From positions 27,466,001 to 27,530,000 of the forward strand of contig OZ024764.1 in NCBI GenBank assembly GCA_964016885.1: a stretch of 64,000 nt of DNA, in the 5' to 3' direction. Below the pieces are notes generated by a model. It did not search any database. It saw only the letters and a program-made list of their open reading frames with translations, and was not told the origin of the DNA. The translations under genes were made by a program, and so were the position numbers. Of this stretch, positions 23,813 through 37,000 are shown one piece after another; positions within the stretch are counted from its first letter, which is position 1; the number at the start of each line of letters is the position of its first letter. Source of the stretch: Eledone cirrhosa (Eukaryota).

Positions 23813-24699
23813 TACTAAAGAGTATGTAAAATTTTAAAATAAATACTTAAATTCAATTTGTATAATTACACATACAATATGTTTTGTTGTAAAACCCTAA
23901 ATAATGATTTAAGAAATGATGTCAATCTCTTTGTACAGAGAAAAACAATTTATATATATGCATTGTGTGCGCGTGTATACTCCATTTAAGACAGTGAAAA
24001 ACCTAGTACCTCCTTCAAAGAATGCCAAATAGTTTATGCCTAAGGTGTAACACTAATTAAGTTACCGGTGTAGATATTTCAGTTGAACCCTGCTTCAAAC
24101 ATGCATATTATTATTATATATTTTCAAACACACTTACATACATTATATTTATACACATAGAAATAATAAGTTAAAACTAAAGTATAATGATATAACAACA
24201 GTATATAATAGTTTTCTTCACTTTATTGAAATGCAATCGTTTTAAAGAAAAAACATGACAGTATAAGAAATATTTAATATGATAACATAATATTTCAGGT
24301 AGGATGGTCGTTTCTCTATGATGGTGGTTTCTCTCTGAACTAATAATTGTTTCTATTTTAGGCACAAGGTCAGTAATTAACCAGTACATTACTGGTACTT
24401 TATTTTATCGACCCCGTAAGGATGAAAGGCAAAGTTGACCTCGGATCGTAAAGGGACGTAACTATGCTGGAAAGCATGGCGTCAGACCCTCTACCGATAC
24501 TGCCAATTCACCATACAGTATAATTATACAAATATGCATATAGATAGCAATATATATACACTAATATGTATGTACATATTTACACATATGTACATATATA
24601 TAGGGAGAGAGAGAGACACATGTATGTATATATATATACACATGCGTGTATGCATGTGTGTTTATGTACATTCTTCGGTATATATATCGGTATACACAT

Positions 24700-24967
24700 T
24701 GGAGACACAGAGAGAGAGAGCTGAAACGAGAGGTGAGAGAGTTGAAACAAGAGAGGAGATGGTTGAAACACTAGGAGAGAGAGAGAGTTGAAACGAGAGG
24801 AGAGAGAGAGAGAGTTGAAACAAGAGGGTGAGGGGGGAGAGGAAGAGAGAGAGAGAGGAAGAGAGAGAGAGGGGATGAGAGAGAGGAATAGAGATAGAGG
24901 GGAAGAGAGAGAGGGGGAGAGAAGGGGATGAAACAACAGAGAGAGGGGAGAGAAAGAGAGAGGGGAT

Positions 24968-25002
<35 letters not shown>

Positions 25003-28000
25003 ATTGAAACAAGAGAGAGATGAAACAAGTGAGGGATTAGAGAGAGATGAAACAAGTGAGGGATTAGAGTGTTGAAACAAGAGAGCGAGATGAAATGAGA
25101 GAAAGAGAGTGAGATGAAATGAGAGAGTGGGAGCGAGATGAAACGAGACAGGGAGAGCGAGATGAAATGCGAGAGTTAGAGTGAGATGAAACGAGAGAGT
25201 GAGAGCGAGATGAAACGAGAGACAGAGAGAGCGAGATGACACGAGACAGAGAGCGAGATGAAATGAGAGAGAGAGAGTGAGAGAGAGAGATGAAACGAGA
25301 GAGAGAGTGCGAGATGAAACGAGAGTGAGAGAGCGAGATGAAACGAGAGAGTGAGAGCGAGATGAAATGAGAGAGAGAGAGAACGAGATGAAATGAGAGA
25401 GAGAGAGAGCGAGATGAAATGAGACATAGAGAGATGAAACGAGAGAGAGATGAAACGAGAAAGAGAGGAAACGAGAGAGAGGAAACGTGAGTAGAGAGCG
25501 AGATGAAACAGGAGCGAGAGAGCGAGATGAAACGAGAGGGAGAGAGAGATGAAACGAGAGCGAGAGAGAGATAGAGGGAAATGAAACGTCAGAGAGAGAG
25601 ACAGATGAAACGAGGGATATAGAGATGAAACGAGAGAGAGAGATGAAACGAGAGAGAGGAAGAGAGAGATAGAACGAGAGAGAGGAAGAGAGAGATGAAA
25701 CGAGAGAGAAGAAGACAGAGGTGAAACGAGAGAGAGAGCGAGATGAAACGAGAGAGAGAGCGAGATGAAACGAGAGAGAGGAAGAGAGAGAGCGAGAGAT
25801 GAAACTCTGTCATGGACATATCTGACCCTGGGGCTAATAATTGTCATGTAATGTTATGGACATCTCTGCCCCTGTGGCTAATAATTCTGTCATGTAATGT
25901 TATGGACATCTCTGCCCCTGTGGCTAATAATTCTGTTATGTAATGTTATGGAAATCTCTGCCCCTGTGGCTAATAATTCTGACATGTAATGTTATGGAAT
26001 CTCTGCCCCTGTGGCTAATAAATCTGTCATTTGATGTTACGGACATCTCTGCCCCTGTGGCTAATAAATCTGTCATGTAATGTTATGGACATCTCTGCCC
26101 CTGTGGCTAATAATTCTGACATGTAATGTTATGGACATCTCTGTCCCTGTAGCTAATAATTCTGACATGTAATGTTATGGACATCTCTGCCCCTGTGGCT
26201 AATAAATTCGTCATGTAATGTTATGGACATCTCTGCCCCTGTGGCTAATAAATCTGTCATGTAATGTTATGGACATCTCTGCCCCTGTGGCTAATAATTC
26301 TGACATGTAATGTTATGGACATCTCTGCCCCTGTGGCTAATAATTCTGACATGTAATGTTATGGACATCTCTGCCCCTGTGGCTAATAATTCTGAGAGAG
26401 ATGAAACAAGTGAGGGATTAGAGAGAGATGAAACAAGTGAGGGATTAGAGTGTTGAAACAAGAGAGAGAGAGGAAGAGAGAGTGAGAGCGAAATCAAACG
26501 AGAGAGAGCGAGATGAAATGAGAGAGTGAGAGCGAGATGAAACGAGAGAGAGAGAGAGAGCGAGATGAAATGAGAGAGAGAGAGCGAGATGAAATGAGAG
26601 AGAGAGAGCGAGATGAAACGAGACAGAGAGAGCGGGATGAAACGAGACAGAGAGAGCGAGAGCGAGATGAAACGAGACAGAGAGAGCGAGATGAAACGAG
26701 AGAGAGAGAGCGAGATGAAATGAGAGAGAGAGAGCGAGATGAAATGAGAGAGAGAGAGCGAGATGAAACGAGAGAGTGAGAGCGAGATGGAACGAGACAG
26801 AGAGAGCGAGATGAAACGAGAGTGGGAGAGCTAGATGAAACGAGAGAGAGAGGAAATGAGAGAGACGAAACGAGAGAGAGGAAACGAGAGTAGAGAGCGA
26901 GATGAAACAGGAGAGAGAGAGCGAGATGAAACAGGAGCGAGAGAGCGAGATGAAACGAGAGGGAGAGAGAGATGAAACGAGAGAGCGAGAGAGAGATAGA
27001 GGGAGATGAAACGACAGAGAGAGAGACAGATGAAACGAGGGAGATAGAGATGAAACGAGAGAGAGAGATGAAACGAGAGAGAGGAAGAGAGAGATGGAAC
27101 GAGAGAGAGGAAGAGAGAGATGGAACGAGAGAGAGGAAGACAGAGATGAAACGAGAGAGAGAGAGAGCAAGATGAAACGAGAGAGAGAGATGAAACGAGA
27201 GAGAGGAAGAGAGAGATGGAACGAGAGAGAGGAAGAGAGAGATGGAACGAGCGAGAGGAAGACAGAGATGAAACGAGACAGAGAGAGATCGAGATGAAAC
27301 GAGAGAGAGGAAGAGAGAGAGCGCAAGATGAAACGAGAGAGAGATAGAGAGCGAGATGAAACGAGAGAGAGGAAGAGAGAGAGCGCGAGATGAAACGAGA
27401 GAGAGGAAGAGAGAGAGAGCGCGAGATGAAATGAGAGAGAGAGAGCGAGATGAAATGAGAGATTGAGAGTGAGATGAAACGAGAGAGTGAGAGAGAGCGA
27501 GATGAAATGACAGAGAGAGAGCGAGATGAAATGAGAGAGAGAGAGCGAGATGAAACGAGACAGAGAGAGCGGGATGAAACGAGACAGAGAGATCGAGATG
27601 AAATGAGAGAGAGAGAGCGAGATGAAATGAGAGAGAGAGAGCGAGATGAAACGAGAGAGTGAGAGCGAGATGGAACGAGTCAGAGAGAGCGAAATGAAAC
27701 GAGAGAGTGAGAGCTAGATGAAACGAGAGAGAGAGGAAACGAGAGAGAGAGGAAACGAGAGAGAGGATACGAGAGTAGAGAGCAAGATGAAACAGGAGAG
27801 AGAGAGAGCGAGATGAAACCGGAGAGAGAGAGCGAGATGAAACGAGAGGGAGGGAGAGATGAAACGAGAGAGCGAGAGAGAGATAGAGGGAGATGAAACG
27901 AGAGAGTGATAGCTAGATGAAACGAGAGAGAGAGGAATAGAGAGATGGAACGAGAGAGAGGAAGACAGATATGAAACGAGAGAGAGAGAGAGCGAGATGA

Positions 28001-31000
28001 AACGAGAGAGAGGAAGAGAGAGAGCGCGAGATGAAAGTCTGTCATGTAATGTTATGGTCATATCTGCCCTTGGGGCTAATAATTGTCATGTAATGTTATG
28101 GACATATCTACCCTTGGGGCTAATAATTGTCATGTAATGTTATGTACATCTCTGCCCCTGTGGCAAATAATTCTGTCATGTAATGTTATGGACATATCTG
28201 TCCCTGTGGCTAATAATTATGTCATGTAATGTTATGGACATCTCTGCCCCTGTGGCTAATAATTCTGTCATGTAATGTTATGGACATCTCTGCCCCTGTG
28301 GCTAATAAATTCGTCATGTAATGTTATGGACATCTCTGCCCCTGTGGCTAATAAATCTGTCATGTAATGTTATGGACATCTCTGCCCCTGTGGCTAATAA
28401 TTCTGACATGTAATGTTATGGATATCTCTGCCCCTGTGGCTAATAATTCTGAGAGAGATGAAACAAGTGAGGGATAAGAGAGAGATGAAACAAATGAGGG
28501 ATTAGAGTGTTGAAACAAGAGAGAGAGAGGAAGAGAGAGTGAGAGCGAGATCAAACGAGAGAGAGAGAGCGAGATGAAATGAGAGAGTGAGAGCGAGATG
28601 AAACGAGAGAGAGAGAGCGAGATGAAATGAGAGAGCGAGAGCGAGATGAAATGAGAGAGAGAGAGCGAGATGAAACGAGACAGAGAGAGCGAGATGAAAC
28701 GAGAGAGAGAGAGAGCGAAATGAAACGAGACAGATTAGAGCGAGATGAAACGAGAGAGAGAGAGCGAGATGAAATGAGAGAGAGAGAGCGAGATGAAACG
28801 AGAGAGTGAGAGCTAGAGGAAACGAGAGAGAGAGGAAACGAGAGAGAGGATACGAGAGAGAGGAAACGAGAGTAGAGAGCGAGATGAAACAGGAGAGAGA
28901 GAGCGAGATGAAACAGGAGAGAGAGAGCGAGATGAAACGAGAGGGAGAGAGAGATGAAACGAGAGAGCGAGAGAGAGATAGAGGGAGATGAAACGACAGA
29001 GAGAGAGACAGATGAAACGAGGGAGATAGAGATGAAACGAGAGAGAGAGATGAAACGAGAGAGAGGAAGAGAGAGATGGAACGAGAGAGAGGAAGAGAGA
29101 GATGGAACGAGAGAGAGGAAGACAGAGATGAAACGAGAGAGAGAGAGCGAGATGAAACGAGAGAGAGAGCGCGAGATGAAAGTCTGTCATGTAATGTTAT
29201 GGACATATCTGCCCTTGGGGCTAATAATTGTCATGTAATGTTATGGAAATCTCTGCCTCTGTGGCTAATAATTCTTTCATGTAATGTTATGGACATCTCT
29301 GCCCCTGTGGCTAATAATTCTGTCATGTAATGTTATGGACATCTCTGCCCCTGTGGCTAATAAATCTGTCATGTAATGTTATGGACATCTCTGCCCCTGT
29401 GGCTAATAATTCTGACATGTAATGTTATGGACATCTCTGCCCCTGTGGCTAATAAATATGACATGTAATGTTATGGACATCTCTGCCCCTGTGGCTAATA
29501 AATCTGTCATGTAATGTTATGGACATCTCTGCCCCTGTGGCTAATAATTCTGACATGTAATGTTATGGACATCTCTGCCCCTGTGGCTAATAATTCTGAG
29601 AGAGATGAAACAAGTGAGGGATTAGAGAGAGATGAAACAAGTGAGGGATTAGAGTGTTGAAACAAGAGAGAGAGAGAGGAAGAGAGAGTGAGAGCGAAAT
29701 CAAACGAGAGAGAGCGAGATGAAATGAGAGAGTGAGAGCGAGATGAAACGAGAGAGAGAGAGAGAGCGAGATGAAATGAGAGAGAGACAGCGAGATGAAA
29801 TGAGAGAGAGAGAGCGAGATGAAACGAGACAGAGAGAGCGGGATGAAACGAGACAGAGAGAGCGAGAGCGAGATGAAACGAGACAGAGAGAGCGAGATGA
29901 AACGAGAGAGAGAGAGAGCGAGATGAAATGAGAGAGAGAGAGCGAGATGAAATGAGAGAGAGAGAGCGAGATGAAACGAGAGAGTGAGAGCGAGATGGAA
30001 CGAGACAGAGAGAGCGAGATGAAACGAGAGTGGGAGAGCTAGATGAAACGAGAGAGAGAGGAAACGAGAGAGACGAAACGAGAGAGAGGAAACGAGAGTA
30101 GAGAGCGAGATGAAACAGGAGAGAGAGAGCGAGATGAAACAGGAGAGAGAGAGCGAGATGAAACGAGAGGGAGAGAGAGATGAAACGAGAGAGCGAGAGA
30201 GAGATAGAGGGAGATGAAACGACAGAGAGAGAGACAGATGAAACGAGGGAGATAGAGATGAAACGAGAGAGAGAGATGAAACGAGAGAGAGGAAGAGAGA
30301 GATGGAACGAGAGAGAGGAAGGGAGAGATGGAACGAGAGAGAGGAAGACAGAGATGAAACGAGAGAGAGAGAGAGCAAGATGAAACGAGAGAGAGAGATG
30401 AAACGAGAGAGAGGAAGAGAGAGATGGAACGAGAGAGAGGAAGAGAGAGATGGAACGAGCGAGAGGAAGACAGAGATGAAACGAGACAGAGAGAGATCGA
30501 GATGAAACGAGAGAGAGGAAGAGAGAGAGCGCGAGATGAAACGAGAGAGAGGAAGAGAGAGAGCGCGAGATGAAATGAGAGAGAGAGAGCGAGATGAAAT
30601 GAGAGATTGAGAGTGAGATGAAACGAGAGAGTGAGAGAGAGCGAGATGAAATGACAGAGAGAGAGCGAGATGAAATGAGAGAGAGAGAGCGAGATGAAAC
30701 GAGACAGAGAGAGCGGGATGAAACGAGACAGAGAGATCGAGATGAAATGAGAGAGAGAGAGCGAGATGAAATGAGAGAGAGAGAGCGAGATGAAACGAGA
30801 GAGTGAGAGCGAGATGGAACGAGTCAGAGAGAGCGAGATGAAACGAGAGAGTGAGAGCTAGATGAAACGAGAGAGAGAGGAAACGAGAGAGAGAGGAAAC
30901 GAGAGAGAGGAAACGAGAGAGAGGAAACGAGAGTAGAGAGCAAGATGAAACAGGAGAGAGAGAGCGAGATGAAACCGGAGAGAGAGAGCGAGATGAAACG

Positions 31001-34000
31001 AGAGGGAGGGAGAGATGAAACGAGAGAGCGAGAGAGAGATAGAGGGAGATGAAACGAGAGAGTGATAGCTAGATGAAACGAGAGAGAGAGGAATAGAGAG
31101 ATGGAACGAGAGAGAGGAAGACAGATATGAAACGAGAGAGAGAGAGAGCGAGATGAAACGAGAGAGAGGAAGAGAGAGAGCGCGAGATGAAACGAGAGAG
31201 AGAGAGCGAGATGAAACGAGAGAGAGAGCGAGATGAAACGAGAGAGAGGAAGAGAGAGAGCGCGAGATGAAAGTCTGTCATGTAATGTTATGGACATATC
31301 TGCCCTTGGGGCTAATAATTGTCATGTAATGTTATGGACATATCTACCCTTGGGGCTAATAATTGTCATGTAATGTTATGTACATCTCTGCCCCTGTGCA
31401 AATAATTCTGTCATGTAATGTTATGGACACCTCTGTCCCTGTGGCTAATAATTATGTCATGTAATGTTATGGACATCTCTGCCCCTGTGGCTAATAATTC
31501 TGTCATGTAATGTTATGGACATCTCTGCCCCTGTGGCTAATAAATTCGTCAAGTAATGTTATGGACATCTCTGCCCCTGTGGCTAATAAATCTGTCATGT
31601 AATGTTTTGGACATCTCTTCCCCTGTGGCTAATAATTCTGACATGTAATGTTATGGATATCTCTGCCCCTGTGGCTAATAATTCTGAGAGAGATGAAACA
31701 AGTGAGGGATAAGAGAGAGATGAAACAAGTGAGGGATTAGAGTGTTGAAACAAGAGAGAGAGAGGAAGAGAGAGTGAGAGCGAGATCAAACGAGAGAGAG
31801 AGAGCGAGATGAAATGAGAGAGTGAGAGCGAGATGAAACGAGAGAGAGAGAGCGAGATGAAATGAGAGAGAGAGAGCGAGATGAAATGAGAGAGAGAGAG
31901 CGAGATGAAACGAGACAGAGAGAGCGAGGTGAAACGAGAGAGAGAGAGAGCGAAATGAAACGAGACAGATTAGAGCGAGATGAAACGAGAGAGAGAGAGC
32001 AAGATGAAATGAGAGAGAGAGAGCGAGATGAAACGAGAGAGTGAGAGCTAGAGGAAACGATAGAGAGAGGAAACGAGAGAGAGAGGAAACGAGAGAGAGA
32101 GGATACGAGAGAGAGGAAACGAGAGTAGAGAGCGAGATGAAACAGGAGAGAGAGAGCGAGATGAAACAGGAGAGAGAGAGCGAGATGAAACGAGAGGGAG
32201 AGTGAGATGAAACGAGAGAGCGAGAGAGAGATAGAGGGAGATGAAACGACAGAGAGAGAGACAGATGAAACGAGGGAGATAGAGATGAAACGAGAGAGAG
32301 AGATGAAACGAGAGAGAGGAAGAGAGAGATGGAACGAGAGAGAGGAAGAGAGAGATGGAACGAGAGAGAGGAAGACAGAGATGAAACGAGAGAGAGAGAG
32401 AGCGAGATGAAACGAGAGAGAGGAAGAGAGAGAACGCGAGATGAAACGAGAGAGAGAGCAAGATGAAACGAGAGAGAGGAAGAGAGAGAGCGCAAGATGA
32501 AACGAGAGAGAGAGAGCGCGAGATGAAAGTCTGTCATGTAATGTTATGGACATATCTGCCCTTGGGGCTAATAATTGTCATGTAATGTTATGGAAATCTC
32601 TGCCCCTGTGGCTAATAATTCTGTCATGTAATGTTATGGACATCTCTGCCCCTGTTGCTAATAATTCTGTCATGTAATGTTATGGACATCTCTGCCCCTG
32701 TGGCTAATAAATCTGTCATGTAATGTTATGGACATCTCTGCCCCTGTGGCTAATAATTCTGACATGTAATGTTATGGACATCTCTGCCCCTGTGGCTAAT
32801 AAATATGACATGTAATGTTATGGACATCTCTGCCCCTGTGGCTAATAAATCTGTCATGTAATGTTATGGACATCTCTGCCCCTGTGGCTAATAATTCTGA
32901 CATGTAATGTTATGGACATCTCTGCCCCTGTGGCTAATAATTCTGTCATGTAATGTTATGGACATCTCTGCCCCTGTGGCTAATAAATTCGTCATGTAAT
33001 GTTATGGACATCTCTGCCCCTGTGGCTAATAAATCTGTCATGTAATGTTATGGACATCTCTGCCCCTGTGGCTAATAATTCTGACATGTAATGTTATGGA
33101 TATCTCTGCCCCTGTGGCTAATAATTCTGAGAGAGATGAAACAAGTGAGGGATAAGAGAGAGATGAAACAAATGAGGGATTAGAGTGTTGAAACAAGAGA
33201 GAGAGAGGAAGAGAGAGTGAGAGCGAGATCAAACGAGAGAGAGAGAGCGAGATGAAATGAGAGAGTGAGAGCGAGATGAAACGAGAGAGAGAGAGAGCGA
33301 GATGAAATGAGAGAGCGAGAGCGAGATGAAATGAGAGAGAGAGAGCGAGATGAAACGAGACAGAGAGAGCGAGATGAAACGAGAGAGAGAGAGAGCGAAA
33401 TGAAACGAGACAGATTAGAGCGAGATGAAACGAGAGAGAGAGAGCGAGATGAAATGAGAGAGAGAGAGCGAGATGAAACGAGAGAGTGAGAGCTAGAGGA
33501 AACGAGAGAGAGAGGAAACGAGAGAGAGGATACGAGAGAGAGGAAACGAGAGTAGAGAGCGAGATGAAACAGGAGAGAGAGAGCGAGATGAAACAGGAGA
33601 GAGAGAGCGAGATGAAACGAGAGGGAGAGAGAGATGAAACGAGAGAGCGAGAGAGAGATAGAGGGAGATGAAACGACAGAGAGAGAGACAGATGAAACGA
33701 GGGAGATAGAGATGAAACGAGAGAGAGAGATGAAACGAGAGAGAGGAAGAGAGAGATGGAACGAGAGAGAGGAAGAGAGAGATGGAACGAGAGAGAGGAA
33801 GACAGAGATGAAACGAGAGAGAGAGAGAGCGAGATGAAACGAGAGAGAGGAAGAGAGAACGCGAGATGAAACGAGAGAGAGAGAGAGCAAGATGAAACGA
33901 GAGAGAGGAAGAGAGAGAGCGCAAGATGAAACGAGAGAGAGAGCGCGAGATGAAAGTCTGTCATGTAATGTTATGGACATATCTGCCCTTGGGGCTAATA

Positions 34001-37000
34001 ATTGTCATGTAATGTTATGGAAATCTCTGCCTCTGTGGCTAATAATTCTTTCATGTAATGTTATGGACATCTCTGCCCCTGTGGCTAATAATTCTGTCAT
34101 GTAATGTTATGGACATCTCTGCCCCTGTGGCTAATAAATCTGTCATGTAATGTTATGGACATCTCTGCCCCTGTGGCTAATAATTCTGACATGTAATGTT
34201 ATGGACATCTCTGCCCCTGTGGCTAATAAATATGACATGTAATGTTATGGACATCTCTGCCCCTGTGGCTAATAAATCTGTCATGTAATGTTATGGACAT
34301 CTCTGCCCCTGTGGCTAATAATTCTGACATGTAATGTTATGGACATCTCTGCCCCTGTGGCTAATAATTCTGAGAGAGATGAAACAAGTGAGGGATTAGA
34401 GAGAGATGAAACAAGTGAGGGATTAGAGTGTTGAAACAAGAGAGAGAGAGAGGAAGAGAGAGTGAGAGCGAAATCAAACGAGAGAGAGCGAGATGAAATG
34501 AGAGAGTGAGAGCGAGATGAAACGAGAGAGAGAGAGAGAGCGAGATGAAATGAGAGAGAGACAGCGAGATGAAATGAGAGAGAGAGAGCGAGATGAAACG
34601 AGACAGAGAGAGCGGGATGAAACGAGACAGAGAGAGCGAGAGCGAGATGAAACGAGACAGAGAGAGCGAGATGAAACGAGAGAGAGAGAGCGAGATGAAA
34701 TGAGAGAGAGAGAGCGAGATGAAATGAGAGAGAGAGAGCGAGATGAAACGAGAGAGTGAGAGCGAGATGGAACGAGACAGAGAGAGCGAGATGAAACGAG
34801 AGTGGGAGAGCTAGATGAAACGAGAGAGAGAGGAAACGAGAGAGACGAAACGAGAGAGAGGAAACGAGAGTAGAGAGCGAGATGAAACAGGAGAGAGAGA
34901 GCGAGATGAAACAGGAGAGAGAGAGCGAGATGAAACGAGAGGGAGAGAGAGATGAAACGAGAGAGCGAGAGAGAGATAGAGGGAGATGAAAGGACAGAGA
35001 GAGAGACAGATGAAACGAGGGAGATAGAGATGAAACGAGAGAGAGAGATGAAACGAGAGAGAGGAAGAGAGAGATGGAACGAGAGAGAGGAAGGGAGAGA
35101 TGGAACGAGAGAGAGGAAGACAGAGATGAAACGAGAGAGAGAGAGAGCAAGATGAAACGAGAGAGAGAGATGAAACGAGAGAGAGGAAGAGAGAGATGGA
35201 ACGAGAGAGAGGAAGAGAGAGATGGAACGAGCGAGAGGAAGAGAGAGATGAAACGAGACAGAGAGAGATCGAGATGAAACGAGAGAGAGGAAGAGAGAGA
35301 GCGCAAGATGAAACGAGAGAGAGAGAGAGAGCGAGATGAAACGAGAGAGAGGAAGAGAGAGAGCGCGAGATGAAACGAGAGAGAGGAAGAGAGAGAGCGC
35401 GAGATGAAATGAGAGAGAGAGAGCGAGATGAAATGAGAGATTGAGAGTGAGATGAAACGAGAGAGTGAGAGAGAGCGAGATGAAATGACAGAGAGAGAGC
35501 GAGATGAAATGAGAGAGAGAGAGCGAGATGAAACGAGACAGAGAGAGCGGGATGAAACGAGACAGAGAGATCGAGATGAAATGAGAGAGAGAGAGCGAGA
35601 TGAAATGAGAGAGAGAGAGCGAGATGAAACGAGAGAGTGAGAGCGAGATGGAACGAGTCAGAGAGAGCGAGATGAAACGAGAGAGTGAGAGCTAGATGAA
35701 ACGAGAGAGAGAGGAAACGAGAGAGAGAGGAAACGAGAGAGAGGAAACGAGAGAGAGGAAACGAGAGTAGAGAGCAAGATGAAACAGGAGAGAGAGAGAG
35801 CGAGATGAAACCGGAGAGAGAGAGCGAGATGAAACGAGAGGGAGGGAGAGATGAAACGAGAGAGCGAGAGAGAGATAGAGGGAGATGAAACGAGAGAGTG
35901 ATAGCTAGATGAAACGAGAGAGAGAGGAATAGAGAGATGGAACGAGAGAGAGGAAGACAGATATGAAACGAGAGAGAGAGAGAGCGAGATGAAACGAGAG
36001 AGAGGAAGAGAGAGAGCGCGAGATGAAACGAGAGAGAGAGAGCGAGATGAAACGAGAGAGAGAGCGAGATGAAACGAGAGAGAGGAAGAGAGAGAGCGCG
36101 AGATGAAAGTCTGTCATGTAATGTTATGGACATATCTGCCCTTGGGGCTAATAATTGTCATGTAATGTTATGGACATATCTACCCTTGGGGCTAATAATT
36201 GTCATGTAATGTTATGTACATCTCTGCCCCTGTGCAAATAATTCTGTCATGTAATGTTATGGACACCTCTGTCCCTGTGGCTAATAATTATGTCATGTAA
36301 TGTTATGGACATCTCTGCCCCTGTGGCTAATAATTCTGTCATGTAATGTTATGGACATCTCTGCCCCTGTGGCTAATAAATTCGTCAAGTAATGTTATGG
36401 ACATCTCTGCCCCTGTGGCTAATAAATCTGTCATGTAATGTTTTGGACATCTCTTCCCCTGTGGCTAATAATTCTGACATGTAATGTTATGGATATCTCT
36501 GCCCCTGTGGCTAATAATTCTGAGAGAGATGAAACAAGTGAGGGATAAGAGAGAGATGAAACAAGTGAGGGATTAGAGTGTTGAAACAAGAGAGAGAGAG
36601 GAAGAGAGAGTGAGAGCGAGATCAAACGAGAGAGAGAGAGCGAGATGAAATGAGAGAGTGAGAGCGAGATGAAACGAGAGAGAGAGAGCGAGATGAAATG
36701 AGAGAGAGAGAGCGAGATGAAATGAGAGAGAGAGAGCGAGATGAAACGAGACAGAGAGAGCGAGGTGAAACGAGAGAGAGAGAGAGCGAAATGAAACGAG
36801 ACAGATTAGAGCGAGATGAAACGAGAGAGAGAGAGCAAGATGAAATGAGAGAGAGAGAGCGAGATGAAACGAGAGAGTGAGAGCTAGAGGAAACGATAGA
36901 GAGAGGAAACGAGAGAGAGAGGAAACGAGAGAGAGAGGATACGAGAGAGAGGAAACGAGAGTAGAGAGCGAGATGAAACAGGAGAGAGAGAGCGAGATGA

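Noticed and set aside
25029-25070. GTGAGGGATTAG landmark as a telomeric repeat
   Set aside because: There is no tandem TTAGGG or TTAGG; it is a 27-bp duplicated landmark only.
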